Shown one piece after another: positions 42,402 through 51,698 of a stretch of DNA of 64,000 nt. This stretch comes from an uncultured Nitrososphaerota archaeon (GTDB taxonomy: Archaea > Thermoproteota > Nitrososphaeria > Nitrososphaerales > Nitrosopumilaceae): positions 1,152,001-1,216,000 of the forward strand of contig OY969559.1 of NCBI GenBank assembly GCA_963701075.1, given 5' to 3'. Numbering within the stretch: position 1 is the first letter of the stretch; each line of letters starts with the position of its first letter. The translations under genes and the position numbers were made by a program. Under the pieces are notes generated by a model. It saw only the letters and a list, made by a program, of their open reading frames with translations, had not been told where the DNA came from and searched no databases.

Positions 42402-42764
42402 GTGAATAATATGAAAATTCTACTAATAGATGACAATCAAGACATTACAACTATGATGCACAAGTATCTGACTATCAAAGGACATGACTGTATCGTCTCA
42501 AATGATGGAAGAAATGGCCTTACCATAATCGAGGGGCAGGAGTTTGATGTCATTTTGTTAGATTTGGCAATGCCTGAATTTACCGGCATTGACATTGTAA
42601 ATGACCTTTACAATTCAGGAAAAATAAAAGAAAAGAAAATAATTTTGTTTACTGCCTCTAGTGTCAAAGATGACGAAATAAGAAATCTTATAAAAAAAGG
42701 AGTACATTCCTGTCTTAAAAAACCCGTGAAATTGGATTTATTGATAAAGTCTATCGGAGGGTAG
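42402..42764 (+). CDS. Single-domain response regulator
   Basis: ILLIDD, LLDLAMP, TA, KP. Confidence 0.93.
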   Translation: MNNMKILLIDDNQDITTMMHKYLTIKGHDCIVSNDGRNGLTIIEGQEFDVILLDLAMPEFTGIDIVNDLYNSGKIKEKKIILFTASSVKDDEIRNLIKKGVHSCLKKPVKLDLLIKSIGG

Positions 42765-42766
42765 AA

Positions 42767-43777
42767 ATGAATGAAGATAAAAATGAGTCAGATTCTTCAA
42801 TTAACGAGCCTAAAATCAGAGAACTCGAACAAGAGAAAATAATACTGGACGAAACAAACAAAATATTATCAAAAAAGACAGAGGAGTTATCAAAATCAAA
42901 GGAGGATCTTGAAAAGAAACTTCAGGAAGAAACAAAAAAATCAAAAGAACTAGAACAAGAAAAATTTATTCTAGGCGAAATTTCAGAATCAAACGAGATA
43001 AAGGCAGAAAAAAACCACAAGAGAACATTTGTTCTTATTGCTATCATTGCGGTCTGTGCGTCTTCGGCATTTGTTGGATATTCGTATTATGAGAATCAAG
43101 TGTTGATAAATACAACTTCTCATCTGCTTGGAAATTACAATTCTAACTATGTTATCCAGAATCTGCAGGGCTCTGTTGTCAATACATGGGTATCGTGGAA
43201 TCTAGTACAAGGTCAGGTATTGCATGTCAACATTGTAAATGATGCCAATCTTCCAGAGGACAAGATAAACGCAATAAAAGATGCCATATTGTCTAATGGA
43301 ACGGTAACAGTTGACGATTCCCTAATAAATGAGGGACCTTCAGGAACTTCCTCAATACGCTATAAAGGCTGGGATGGTGCACTAGCTAATTTAGAAAGTG
43401 ATCCCGCAGCCAAATTTTACATACCTCAAAACTTTGACATAACAAATGACAGTAATAGTGCAGGAGATATCGTAATAACGCTCACAAATGACGAAAATCC
43501 CGACGGTCTATCTGGGCTCACGAAATCTATTGCAGATGGAAACCAAGTTCTAAAGAGCCAAATAACAATATATGTTGCAAGCAAGCTTTCCGATGACCAA
43601 CTTGGTGCTATTACAAGGCATGAATTTGGACATGCGTTGGGTCTTGCACACTCTACTGATCCTGAAGATTTAATGCATGCAGTAATCCAAACAGACTATC
43701 CATACATTTCAGGCTGTGACATTGCTGCCATCAAGGGATTGTACGAGGGTGATGAGAGGAGTCAAGTAGCATGTTAA
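42767..43777 (+). CDS. Membrane-anchored matrixin-family metalloprotease
   Basis: HEFGHALGLAHS plus Met-turn LM; N-terminal coiled coil and TM. Confidence 0.9.
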   Translation: MNEDKNESDSSINEPKIRELEQEKIILDETNKILSKKTEELSKSKEDLEKKLQEETKKSKELEQEKFILGEISESNEIKAEKNHKRTFVLIAIIAVCASSAFVGYSYYENQVLINTTSHLLGNYNSNYVIQNLQGSVVNTWVSWNLVQGQVLHVNIVNDANLPEDKINAIKDAILSNGTVTVDDSLINEGPSGTSSIRYKGWDGALANLESDPAAKFYIPQNFDITNDSNSAGDIVITLTNDENPDGLSGLTKSIADGNQVLKSQITIYVASKLSDDQLGAITRHEFGHALGLAHSTDPEDLMHAVIQTDYPYISGCDIAAIKGLYEGDERSQVAC

Positions 43778-43837
43778 TAGATAATATACGTTCTTCAGTT
43801 TTTTCTTTGATTTGTTTATTTATCCATAATTGGATGT

Positions 43838-45607
43838 TTGACAGGGTGTGGAATGAGTACTAAATTACAGATTCAAGGTATTCTGATGGTGCTTGTTGCA
43901 ACATCAGCCGCATTATTGATAACCATTGTATTTTATACGCAGCAAGAAATCAAACAGGCGACAGATGCCATTAAAGAAGAAAGATTGATAGTCGCAAATC
44001 AGATCGCTAATAGATTAGAATTACGTTTTGGTGACGCAATCAAAATTTTGCAACTTACAAGCAAAAATGATCACCTCGCGAGCCCTCCATTGGCATCTGC
44101 AATTGATAACAAATTACACGGCATACCTGAAAATATTGATACAGACAGAAGAAAAATAATGCATGATGTTTTTGTGACCTATGGAGGTTTTCAAAACTTG
44201 CTTTTCTTACTTCCAAATGGGGATGTATACATCAACGAACCGTTCTTTTTTCAAAATAATATGACGACATCTAATTTTGCATTTAGAGATTGGTATAAGG
44301 ATGTTATATCTTCTAACAGTGTCACTGTAAGTCAGGTTATCATTTCAAAATCAAGCATAAAACCAAATGTGGTAATCGCAGTACCTGTTTTTTCTCAAAG
44401 CGGATCTTTGGAAGGAATTTTAACGGGATCCCTAAGTCTAGATGCAACACAAGAATATCTAAAGAGTTTGCAATCGTATACTAATGAGAGAATATTGATA
44501 CTGGATAACGCACAAACTGTAGCTGCAGATTCGGGAGAAATTCTAAAAGGTCAGAAATTTCCGGCCATCACAACAATAACTCAAAATGCCATTGTTGGCG
44601 AGAACGGAACAGATACTGATACAGTAAATGGTACAAAGATGTTTGTGGTATATAGTCCAGTGAAAATAGGGCAAACTACTTGGGCTGTAATTTCTATGCA
44701 ACCATATGATGATGCATTTCATTCTGTAAATTCATCAATACAAGAGTCATGGATTTTGGTAATCTTAATTATAGTAATAACCTCGATCTCAAGCTATTAT
44801 CTTTATAATATATTTAGAAGACAAGTCAAACTATCAAAAGAACTTGAAAATGCCAACATCGAGTTACACATTCAATCTCAAAAATTACATGATGCCGATA
44901 CTGCAAAGGAGGAATTTGCCACAATGGTCACTCATGAATTAAAAACTCCATTGGTTACTATAAATGGCTACAGTGAGATGCTAAAAGAAACTGGCATTTT
45001 AGGAACTCTAAATAGCGAACAGGAAGACGTGGTAAATAGAATTTATGCAAGTTCCAAAAAACTTGAGAACTTGATCGGGGACATACTTGTTGCCCAAAAG
45101 TTGGATCTGAATAAAATGCACTACAACAAGGTCGATTTTGATGTTGGAGAATTCATGAATGATTTGGCACAAACATACTCTTCTGTTATAAAGGATAAGC
45201 AAATTCAATTTAAAAATACAACAACTGAAAGATTAACAATAAACACCGACAAAGATAGGCTATCTCAAGTCCTTGACAATCTGATTCGAAATTCAATAGA
45301 TTTTGTCCCCGCTATAGGCGGAGAAGTTGAGATTTGCGCAAAAAGTAAGAATGAAAATATCGAATTTTTTGTTAAAGACAATGGTATAGGCATTCCAAAA
45401 GACAAACAAGCCAACCTTTTCAAGAAATTCTACCAGATAGACTCGTCTCTGAAAAGACAGCATGGGGGAACAGGCCTGGGATTGGTAATATGTAAAGGAA
45501 TTGTAGAAGGTCTGGGAGGTAAAATATGGCTAGAGAGCGAGGCTGGAAAGGGAACTGTTGTCTATTTTTTGATACCACAACATGATGAAGCAAATGATGC
45601 CAGTTAA
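43838..45607 (+). CDS. Cache-domain sensor histidine kinase
   Basis: RDWY Cache motif, HELKTPL, N box, DNGIG, GGTGLGL. Confidence 0.95.
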   Translation: MTGCGMSTKLQIQGILMVLVATSAALLITIVFYTQQEIKQATDAIKEERLIVANQIANRLELRFGDAIKILQLTSKNDHLASPPLASAIDNKLHGIPENIDTDRRKIMHDVFVTYGGFQNLLFLLPNGDVYINEPFFFQNNMTTSNFAFRDWYKDVISSNSVTVSQVIISKSSIKPNVVIAVPVFSQSGSLEGILTGSLSLDATQEYLKSLQSYTNERILILDNAQTVAADSGEILKGQKFPAITTITQNAIVGENGTDTDTVNGTKMFVVYSPVKIGQTTWAVISMQPYDDAFHSVNSSIQESWILVILIIVITSISSYYLYNIFRRQVKLSKELENANIELHIQSQKLHDADTAKEEFATMVTHELKTPLVTINGYSEMLKETGILGTLNSEQEDVVNRIYASSKKLENLIGDILVAQKLDLNKMHYNKVDFDVGEFMNDLAQTYSSVIKDKQIQFKNTTTERLTINTDKDRLSQVLDNLIRNSIDFVPAIGGEVEICAKSKNENIEFFVKDNGIGIPKDKQANLFKKFYQIDSSLKRQHGGTGLGLVICKGIVEGLGGKIWLESEAGKGTVVYFLIPQHDEANDAS

Positions 45608-45635
45608 CAAACAGACTATGAGAAGGCAAACTAAT

Positions 45636-46181
45636 TCAAATTAATTTCTCTTTTTCATTGAAATACTTGCTACGAAGTGCATTGATTTTTGATTTAATCA
45701 AGCGATTCTCAAGTATGGCATTCATCTCTTGGAGGCGAGCTTTTTTTGCTGCAATCTCCTCGAGCAGTTCATGTTTTAGTCTGAGAACCAGATTATTTGT
45801 CTCAGAAATCACTTCGTTGATGTCGTAAGGCTTGTAAATTATGGCCGATGCGTCAAGTCCAAGTAATCTTTTCCGCGTCTCTTCTGTCAAGTCAGCTGTT
45901 ATCAACATGACTATGGCATTTGGCTCGATCTCCCTTATTTTTTCTAATGTGTAAAACCCATCATGGTTTTCCATCATCACATCAAGAAATACGACATCTG
46001 GCAAGAGTTTCTTGTACATCTTGATTGCGTTCAATCCATCGTATCCTTTTCCAATTACAGAAATGCCCTTTATTTGCAAAAATTCAGAAAGAACAGAGAC
46101 TGTGTCAATATCATCGTCAATTACTATGGCAGTAATTCCTGGCCTGTCCCTCTTTTCACGTGGTTGTGAAAAAATTTCCAT
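45636..46181 (-). CDS. Response regulator with C-terminal coiled coil
   Basis: VIDDD, FLDVMM, TA, KP. Confidence 0.9.
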   Translation of the reverse strand: MEIFSQPREKRDRPGITAIVIDDDIDTVSVLSEFLQIKGISVIGKGYDGLNAIKMYKKLLPDVVFLDVMMENHDGFYTLEKIREIEPNAIVMLITADLTEETRKRLLGLDASAIIYKPYDINEVISETNNLVLRLKHELLEEIAAKKARLQEMNAILENRLIKSKINALRSKYFNEKEKLI

Positions 46182-46303
46182 TTATTGCATGAATTAGCAA
46201 ATATGTATTTTAGATGATTCTTGTGTAGTTTAAACGAACTATTCTTGCTAGCCTAAGAAAAACCCAAAAAAGACATCTGTATCGAGGTTGTATCGTGCGT
46301 GAT

Positions 46304-46331
46304 AAGTTCAGGTCTGTAAGGATTAGATCTA
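46304..46331. repeat. Palindromic site, degenerate copy 2
   Basis: AAGTTCAGGTC-TGTAAG-GATTAGATCTA; core is 19/26 identical to the 47941 copy. Confidence 0.4.
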
Positions 46332-46414
46332 TGAAAGTCTGACATTAGCAGGAATCAAGGCAGGGTGGATAACAAATGGATAACCTTAATTCAAAATGCA
46401 AGTAAAAAACAATT

Positions 46415-46660
46415 ATGAGAAATTTTGGAACGGTTACTAAAGACCTCATTGCAAGAGTTGTTATTATTACGGCTATCTACTCAATAATTTCCTACTTTGT
46501 TATACAAAAGTATCAATTAACACCAGATAAACTGACGACAGGTATTCCATTACTCTTTGTTATGTTTGGGATAGTAATACTGATTAGCATTCTGTATTCC
46601 CTGAGAATGTATCACATATGGAATGGTAAAAATGAGCCGACAGTTGACAAGAAGAAATAG
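46415..46660 (+). CDS. Small two-TM membrane protein
   Basis: 81-aa ORF with two hydrophobic helices. Confidence 0.6.
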   Translation: MRNFGTVTKDLIARVVIITAIYSIISYFVIQKYQLTPDKLTTGIPLLFVMFGIVILISILYSLRMYHIWNGKNEPTVDKKK

Positions 46661-46678
46661 TCAAATAATGTGCTCTCT

Positions 46679-46693
46679 CAAGTCGACAGAACC
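46679..46693 (+). mobile_element. Solo right-end TIR of the GGTTCTGT family
   Basis: caagtcgacagaacc vs caagtggacagaacc at 8181-8195 (14/15). Confidence 0.45.
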
Positions 46694-46771
46694 TAATAAA
46701 AATAGCCTCTTCCAAGAGAGCATATAAAGACAGCATAAATTTAAGTAACTAACACCTATTGTAAAGTCAAG

Positions 46772-46978
46772 TTGTCCAGTATCGAATCGCAGTTTTTAGA
46801 ATCTAGTGATTTTTCAGAATATGAAGGCGAATGGGTGGCTATACTAGATAAAAAAATTGTCGCTCATGGTAAAACATTAGCTGAAGTTTACGATAAAGTA
46901 GCAGATGCAAAATTGGTTAGAACACCATTATTTCATCGCATACCAAAGAAAGATGAAGTAGAAGCATTCATCCTCTAA
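46772..46978 (+). CDS. DUF5678-like small protein
   Basis: YEGEWVAILDKKIVAHGK..EVY. Confidence 0.8.
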   Translation: MSSIESQFLESSDFSEYEGEWVAILDKKIVAHGKTLAEVYDKVADAKLVRTPLFHRIPKKDEVEAFIL

Positions 46979-47025
46979 AGAATATTTTAGGCAAATAATA
47001 TTAAGTAAATTTCTGAACACTATTC

Positions 47026-47547
47026 ATGGTCGATATTGGACGTGGTACTGATAAACTTCATTTTCACTATAAATCATTACCACATTGGGATAAGAATGGA
47101 AAATTAATTAATATTAAAAAACCAGCAATTGAAATAACTTTTAGAAAATTTTCAGAGAAAAAAAGTCTAGAGAACCGAGAATTAAGATTAAACGCATTAG
47201 TTGATTCTGGTGCGGATAGGTCTTTTTTACCAAAAGAAGTTACGGATGCATTACGTCTTGATATACAAACTACAGATCAGAAAATCTTGACCATTGCAGG
47301 AGATACAAATGTATTCGAATCAAAAGTATATGCTGAAATTCAACGGTATGAGAAACTACCTATTCCTATAGGAATTCTCAATGTATTTGTAATGCCACAT
47401 AATGTTAAAGAAACTCAAGTACCTCATTTTGTGATTTTAGGGAGAAAAGACTTTTTTGAGAAGTTTGAAGTCACTATAAACGAATCTGCTCAATACATTA
47501 CACTAAAAGATATTCATAAAGAAAGAGCCAAACAGACTAGATTCTAA
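47026..47547 (+). CDS. Retropepsin-like aspartyl protease
   Basis: ALVDSGAD catalytic motif and ILGRKDFF. Confidence 0.85.
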   Translation: MVDIGRGTDKLHFHYKSLPHWDKNGKLINIKKPAIEITFRKFSEKKSLENRELRLNALVDSGADRSFLPKEVTDALRLDIQTTDQKILTIAGDTNVFESKVYAEIQRYEKLPIPIGILNVFVMPHNVKETQVPHFVILGRKDFFEKFEVTINESAQYITLKDIHKERAKQTRF

Positions 47548-47939
47548 ATGAAACCCTTATCAAATTAGCCTCTAAAACTTAATTTAACTAACATTATCTG
47601 AATCGCAGATGTTGCTTTTTGATCTTGGAATCTCCTTACAAATTATCGGATTTGTGATATTAGTGCTCGTAAGTGGTAGAAGTCCAACTAGTGCTTTTCT
47701 ATTACTGGAATCTCATAAAGATGGTATTTCGATATTTTTAGGAAACGAATAGTTCCAGACAAATATATCGATAAATTATTTTATTCAGCCATTGTGTGGT
47801 TATTTCGGGTTTAATTATGCAGTTTTCTTTTCTAAATTAACACCCGAAACTAACAAAGAGAAGATTTAGATCTTAACACCCAAGTTCTGAACAGTGTAAT
47901 ATTTCAAAATACTTATTATCTAAATACCAAATTTCAACT

Positions 47940-47967
47940 GGGTTCAGGCCTGTGAGAGTTTGAACTC
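47940..47967. repeat. Palindromic site, copy 3 (island border)
   Basis: GGGTTCAGGCC-TGTGAG-AGTTTGAACTC; 24/28 identical to the 28040 copy. Confidence 0.65.
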
Positions 47968-48054
47968 AACATAATCCGAAATTCGTCAATATCCATATAG
48001 GAATTTTAATTCTATGTAGATCATACGTATATACTTGTAAAACAACTTAGGGTA

Positions 48055-48552
48055 TTGGCAACTGAAAAGACAGATGAGATTTCAACAGTAGAGAACATGA
48101 CAAAACAAGAAATGGCTAAAATAATAAAAACTGTCAAAAGGGAAGATGAATCTTCAGAAAAAGATACTGTTTCAATCTGCGATGTCATGAAAAACAACAC
48201 AACAGAAATAATCGAAAAATTAGAATCAAAATTTCCAACCTACGCACAACTATACGCTGATCTTTACAAAAAATATCTGCACACCATAAGTGACCTTTAT
48301 AGCACATGTTATCTATCTGAAAAAGAATTTTTTGACAAGTTAGGAATGAACAAGCCCGCAATTCAAGCCTTTGATGCTTATTGGAAATCCATCACAAACA
48401 TTGTCCTGTCGCAAATTGATATGGGTACAAATTTTGCAAAAATGTACGTACAATTCAGGCTTGATACGATAGACTCGTATGATAAAGTAGCTCACCTCAT
48501 GATGGATAATTGTGCAAGATCTTGGAGTCAGTTTAACTCGTACAATAAATAG
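48055..48552 (+). CDS. Helical hypothetical protein (possibly phasin-like)
   Basis: All-alpha amphipathic pattern; weak resemblance to 49511..49952. Confidence 0.6.
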   Translation: MATEKTDEISTVENMTKQEMAKIIKTVKREDESSEKDTVSICDVMKNNTTEIIEKLESKFPTYAQLYADLYKKYLHTISDLYSTCYLSEKEFFDKLGMNKPAIQAFDAYWKSITNIVLSQIDMGTNFAKMYVQFRLDTIDSYDKVAHLMMDNCARSWSQFNSYNK

Positions 48553-48761
48553 TCAGACTAAATAATTACTAGAACCGTTTATTTGTCATATCAGATGCAG
48601 CCACCGCAAACTCAGACGATACGATATACGCTATTGCCAAAATATTTAGAGAATACATTGTTTATGCCAATATCTTAACTTCTGAAGAGTCATACAAGTC
48701 GGCGTCATCAAAGCTTGAAAAACTCAACTTTGCCCTCTATGATGTATCTATTTTTGCAGGC

Positions 48762-49182
48762 TTGATAAACAGAGAGTCTTTCTCAGACAAGGCAAACTAC
48801 TGGACTGCGGGTCTTTTCATCTCGGCAGCAACAAACAAGGTGATACAAGAGGATGACACAGTAACGTTGGATTTCACTCATCTGGATTCACCTGCTGATT
48901 GCATCGGATATCGACTCAAACAGGGCAAAATCGTATTGCAAGGCAATGGAGGGGATTATGTTGGCGAGCTAATGTCGGGAGGCAAGATCACAATACATGG
49001 CAATGCAGGATATTATGTGGGATACAACATGTCAGGAGGGCATATCACAGTCAAAGGCAACGCAGGTGGTCACCTTGGCACATACATGTCAGGTGGAGTC
49101 ATCGATATAGAATGCCAAATTGGTTCAATCAGCTGAATCTTGCAGAGGCAAAATCTATCACAAAGGAACATTGCTAGGATGA
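48762..49182 (+). CDS. GXGXG beta-helix protein (FwdC/GltB C-terminal-like); N-terminus apparently truncated, frameshift ~49134
   Basis: Repeats G..MSGG.I.I.GNAG; the frame is open upstream to ~48573 without a start codon. Confidence 0.7.
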
Positions 49183-49222
49183 TCTGCTTGTTGAAAAAAG
49201 GGGTTTTAAGACAAATTGAGAA

Positions 49223-49363
49223 CTAAGGAGTAATCTCTGATTTGCTTGAGGTACTGCCGGGTGTTTTGGAAAGTTTTCCTCTTCTACTCCTCATGTAAAA
49301 GTATGCGATAGCGGCTGCCACAATTGCAACGCCAGCTATGATTGTGTTTGTAGGAATCATCAT
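49223..49363 (-). CDS. 46-aa single-TM microprotein
   Basis: MMIPTNTIIAGVAIVAAAIAYFYMRSRRGK: TM followed by basic residues. Confidence 0.55.
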   Translation of the reverse strand: MMIPTNTIIAGVAIVAAAIAYFYMRSRRGKLSKTPGSTSSKSEITP

Positions 49364-49510
49364 TGGTTTACGTCACTGTCTCTAATAAACCGGCGTAACG
49401 CGACCTTTATGGCCACAAATGAGTTTTGACTCAAGTATGAAAACATCTGTGCTATCTTGGAAGCATTTAGTTGCAATTGTTTTAAAATAAAAAAGAAAAG
49501 CTCCTTTACA

Positions 49511-49952
49511 CTAGTTTCGTGTAGGTGTGCATGCTTGAATCCAATATTGCAGTACGCCTTGGTTTAGTCCAGCAAATGTTTTTACATTCTCGTTGAATGT
49601 ATTGATCGCTTGCTGAGTAGCATCAATTGCAGCTAGTACTACTTTATTTTGTACTTCCTGGACCTTGATGATTTCTTCAGTTGTGTCGTTTGCTACCTTT
49701 ATCATAGCTGCTGGAACATTTGTGTTTATGTTCAGCTTTGGTTGCAAATTCATGATTCATGGAAATGGCTGATTCTGTTGCCTTTTGCCATGCTGCAACA
49801 TATGACTTTTGAAGATTTGTTATTGATTGATGATACTGTGGTATTGTTTTTTCTACCTCATCAAAAAATCTGTTTGCGTTGTGCTTGTAAACTGCGTGGA
49901 TTTCTTTTGATTCTGTATGGAACTCTTTTGGTTCCGGTGCTAATTTACTCAT
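49511..49952 (-). CDS. Helical hypothetical protein, possibly phasin-like (frameshift ~49733)
   Basis: ORFs 49677..49952 and 49511..49753 join at an AGCT site. Confidence 0.7.
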
Positions 49953-49984
49953 GTGTTCCTATGGCAGGTCTTGGCTTATATATC

Positions 49985-50014
49985 TATTGGTAATAAATGG
50001 TAATAATTGGTAAT
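49985..50014. promoter_or_regulatory. Three direct repeats WAWTGGTAAT with 10-bp period
   Basis: tattggtaat aaatggtaat aattggtaat, upstream of the gene starting at 49952. Confidence 0.55.
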
Positions 50015-50109
50015 TAAAACCAATAATCGTAAGAATTGAAACCGCAATTGACCAAAACCATGGTTTCCATGATGTCGCAAAAACAGTGTAAATTTATTCA
50101 ACTGTGCTT

Positions 50110-51698
50110 CTATGTTGCGGAAAACTTTCGCAGTGTCCTGTTGTACGCAACACCAAATCTGTGTGCCTCATCTCTTGCATATTGGAGAACCTTTAGCGCA
50201 GAATTATTTTTTGGCAAGACAATCGGGCTTTTTAGGTTTGGATGGTAGATCTCTTCGTTCTCTTTCAGCTAGAGATACAACCGGTATGCTAACTCCGGCA
50301 GTTTTTAGCGCCCCAAGTGCGGCATTTCAGCTGACCCCTTCCTCCGTCTATGAGTATCAAGTCAGGCATCTTCGAGTCTTCCTGCCGCAATCTCAGGTAT
50401 CTCCTTTTTACCACCTCATTTATCATTGCAAAATCATCTCTTCCATGCACTGTCTTGATTCTAAATTTTCTATACTCTGACTTTGCTGGCTTGCCGTCTA
50501 CAAGGCACGACATTGAACCCACTGCATAGTCTGCTCCATGATTTGAAATGTCAAAGCATTCTATGGTTCTTGGGATGTGCTCTAGTTTTAATTTCTCTTG
50601 AAGCTCAACCACGGCAGGGTCTGCGCCCTTTGACAGCAAGAGATCAATATTTTTCATTACTAGTCTTATCATCTCTTTTCGTTTTCCGGCGGCTGGTACC
50701 ATTATATTGACCTTGAACCCTGCAGCGCGAGAAAATATCTCTTCGAGAATATCTTTTTCAGCTGGCATCTGGCTTGTCACTATGAACTTTGGAACAGGAT
50801 TTGAAGAATAGTATTGTGATAGAAAACTTGAAAATGAATTGTCCCCTACCAAGTCAAATGAAAACGTGTTTCTGTCTTTTATCACGCCGCGAGTCTGCCT
50901 AAAACTCATGACATGTGCAGTCTGGTCCCTTGTCTTGATGCCAAAATATTCCTCGTCTGAGCCATGCACTGACTCCATCTTTTGCTTGGTTTGAAGATTC
51001 TGAAGCCTCTGAAGTGTTTCGCGAATCTCCTTTGCTCGCTCATACTGTAAACTGGATGAGGCCTCCCTCATCTCTTCTTCAAGTTTTGCAACAAAATCCT
51101 CAAGCTTTCGCTTTCCTTTGAGAATGGATTCAAGCTCCAAGATATGTTCTGGGTATTGCTTTTGTGCGTCCTTGAACTGGCATGGTGCCTCGCAGTTGCC
51201 TAGGTGATACTCTAGGCACGCCTCTTTTGGAAGCCTTTTGCATATCCTAATCTTGAATGTCTTTCTCAAAAGTCCGATTGAGAGCATCTTTGAGCTTCCA
51301 TGGGTAAATGGTCCGTATACGCGTCCTCCTCCAAGAAACTCTCCAGTCCTTGTCCTTCTTGCCACCATTAGGCGCGGAAACGCTTCGTTTGTAATCCTGA
51401 GATATGTGTACCGCTGCTGGTCTTTTAGCTCTATGTTGTAGGGAGGTCTGTAGCGCTTGATCATGTTGGATTCAAGCAAGAACGCCTCTTCTTCATTGTC
51501 GGTCAGCACAAATTCGATATCTCTTATTTTTTCAACAAGTTTCTGGGTCTTGTAGTTCTGGTTCTTGACAAAATAAGACCTGACGCGGTTCTTCAAGTTC
51601 TTTGCCTTTCCTATATACAGAATGTTGCCCTTGCCATCTTTCATGATATAGATGCCATAGTGAGACGGAATGTTCAGCGATGAAATATCAAGAGCCAT
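50110..51698 (-). CDS. uvrC: Excinuclease ABC subunit C (two frameshifts, ~50266 and ~50327)
   Basis: GIY-YIG (YGIY...[12 protein letters not shown]), FDISN, LIDGG.GQL, RDEAHRF. Confidence 0.95.

Noticed and set aside
47940-47970. tRNA 3' fragment (att site) on the minus strand (GTTCAAA)
   Set aside because: The T-stem does not pair without an indel in either copy, and no tRNA gene was seen. It is kept only as a palindromic repeat.
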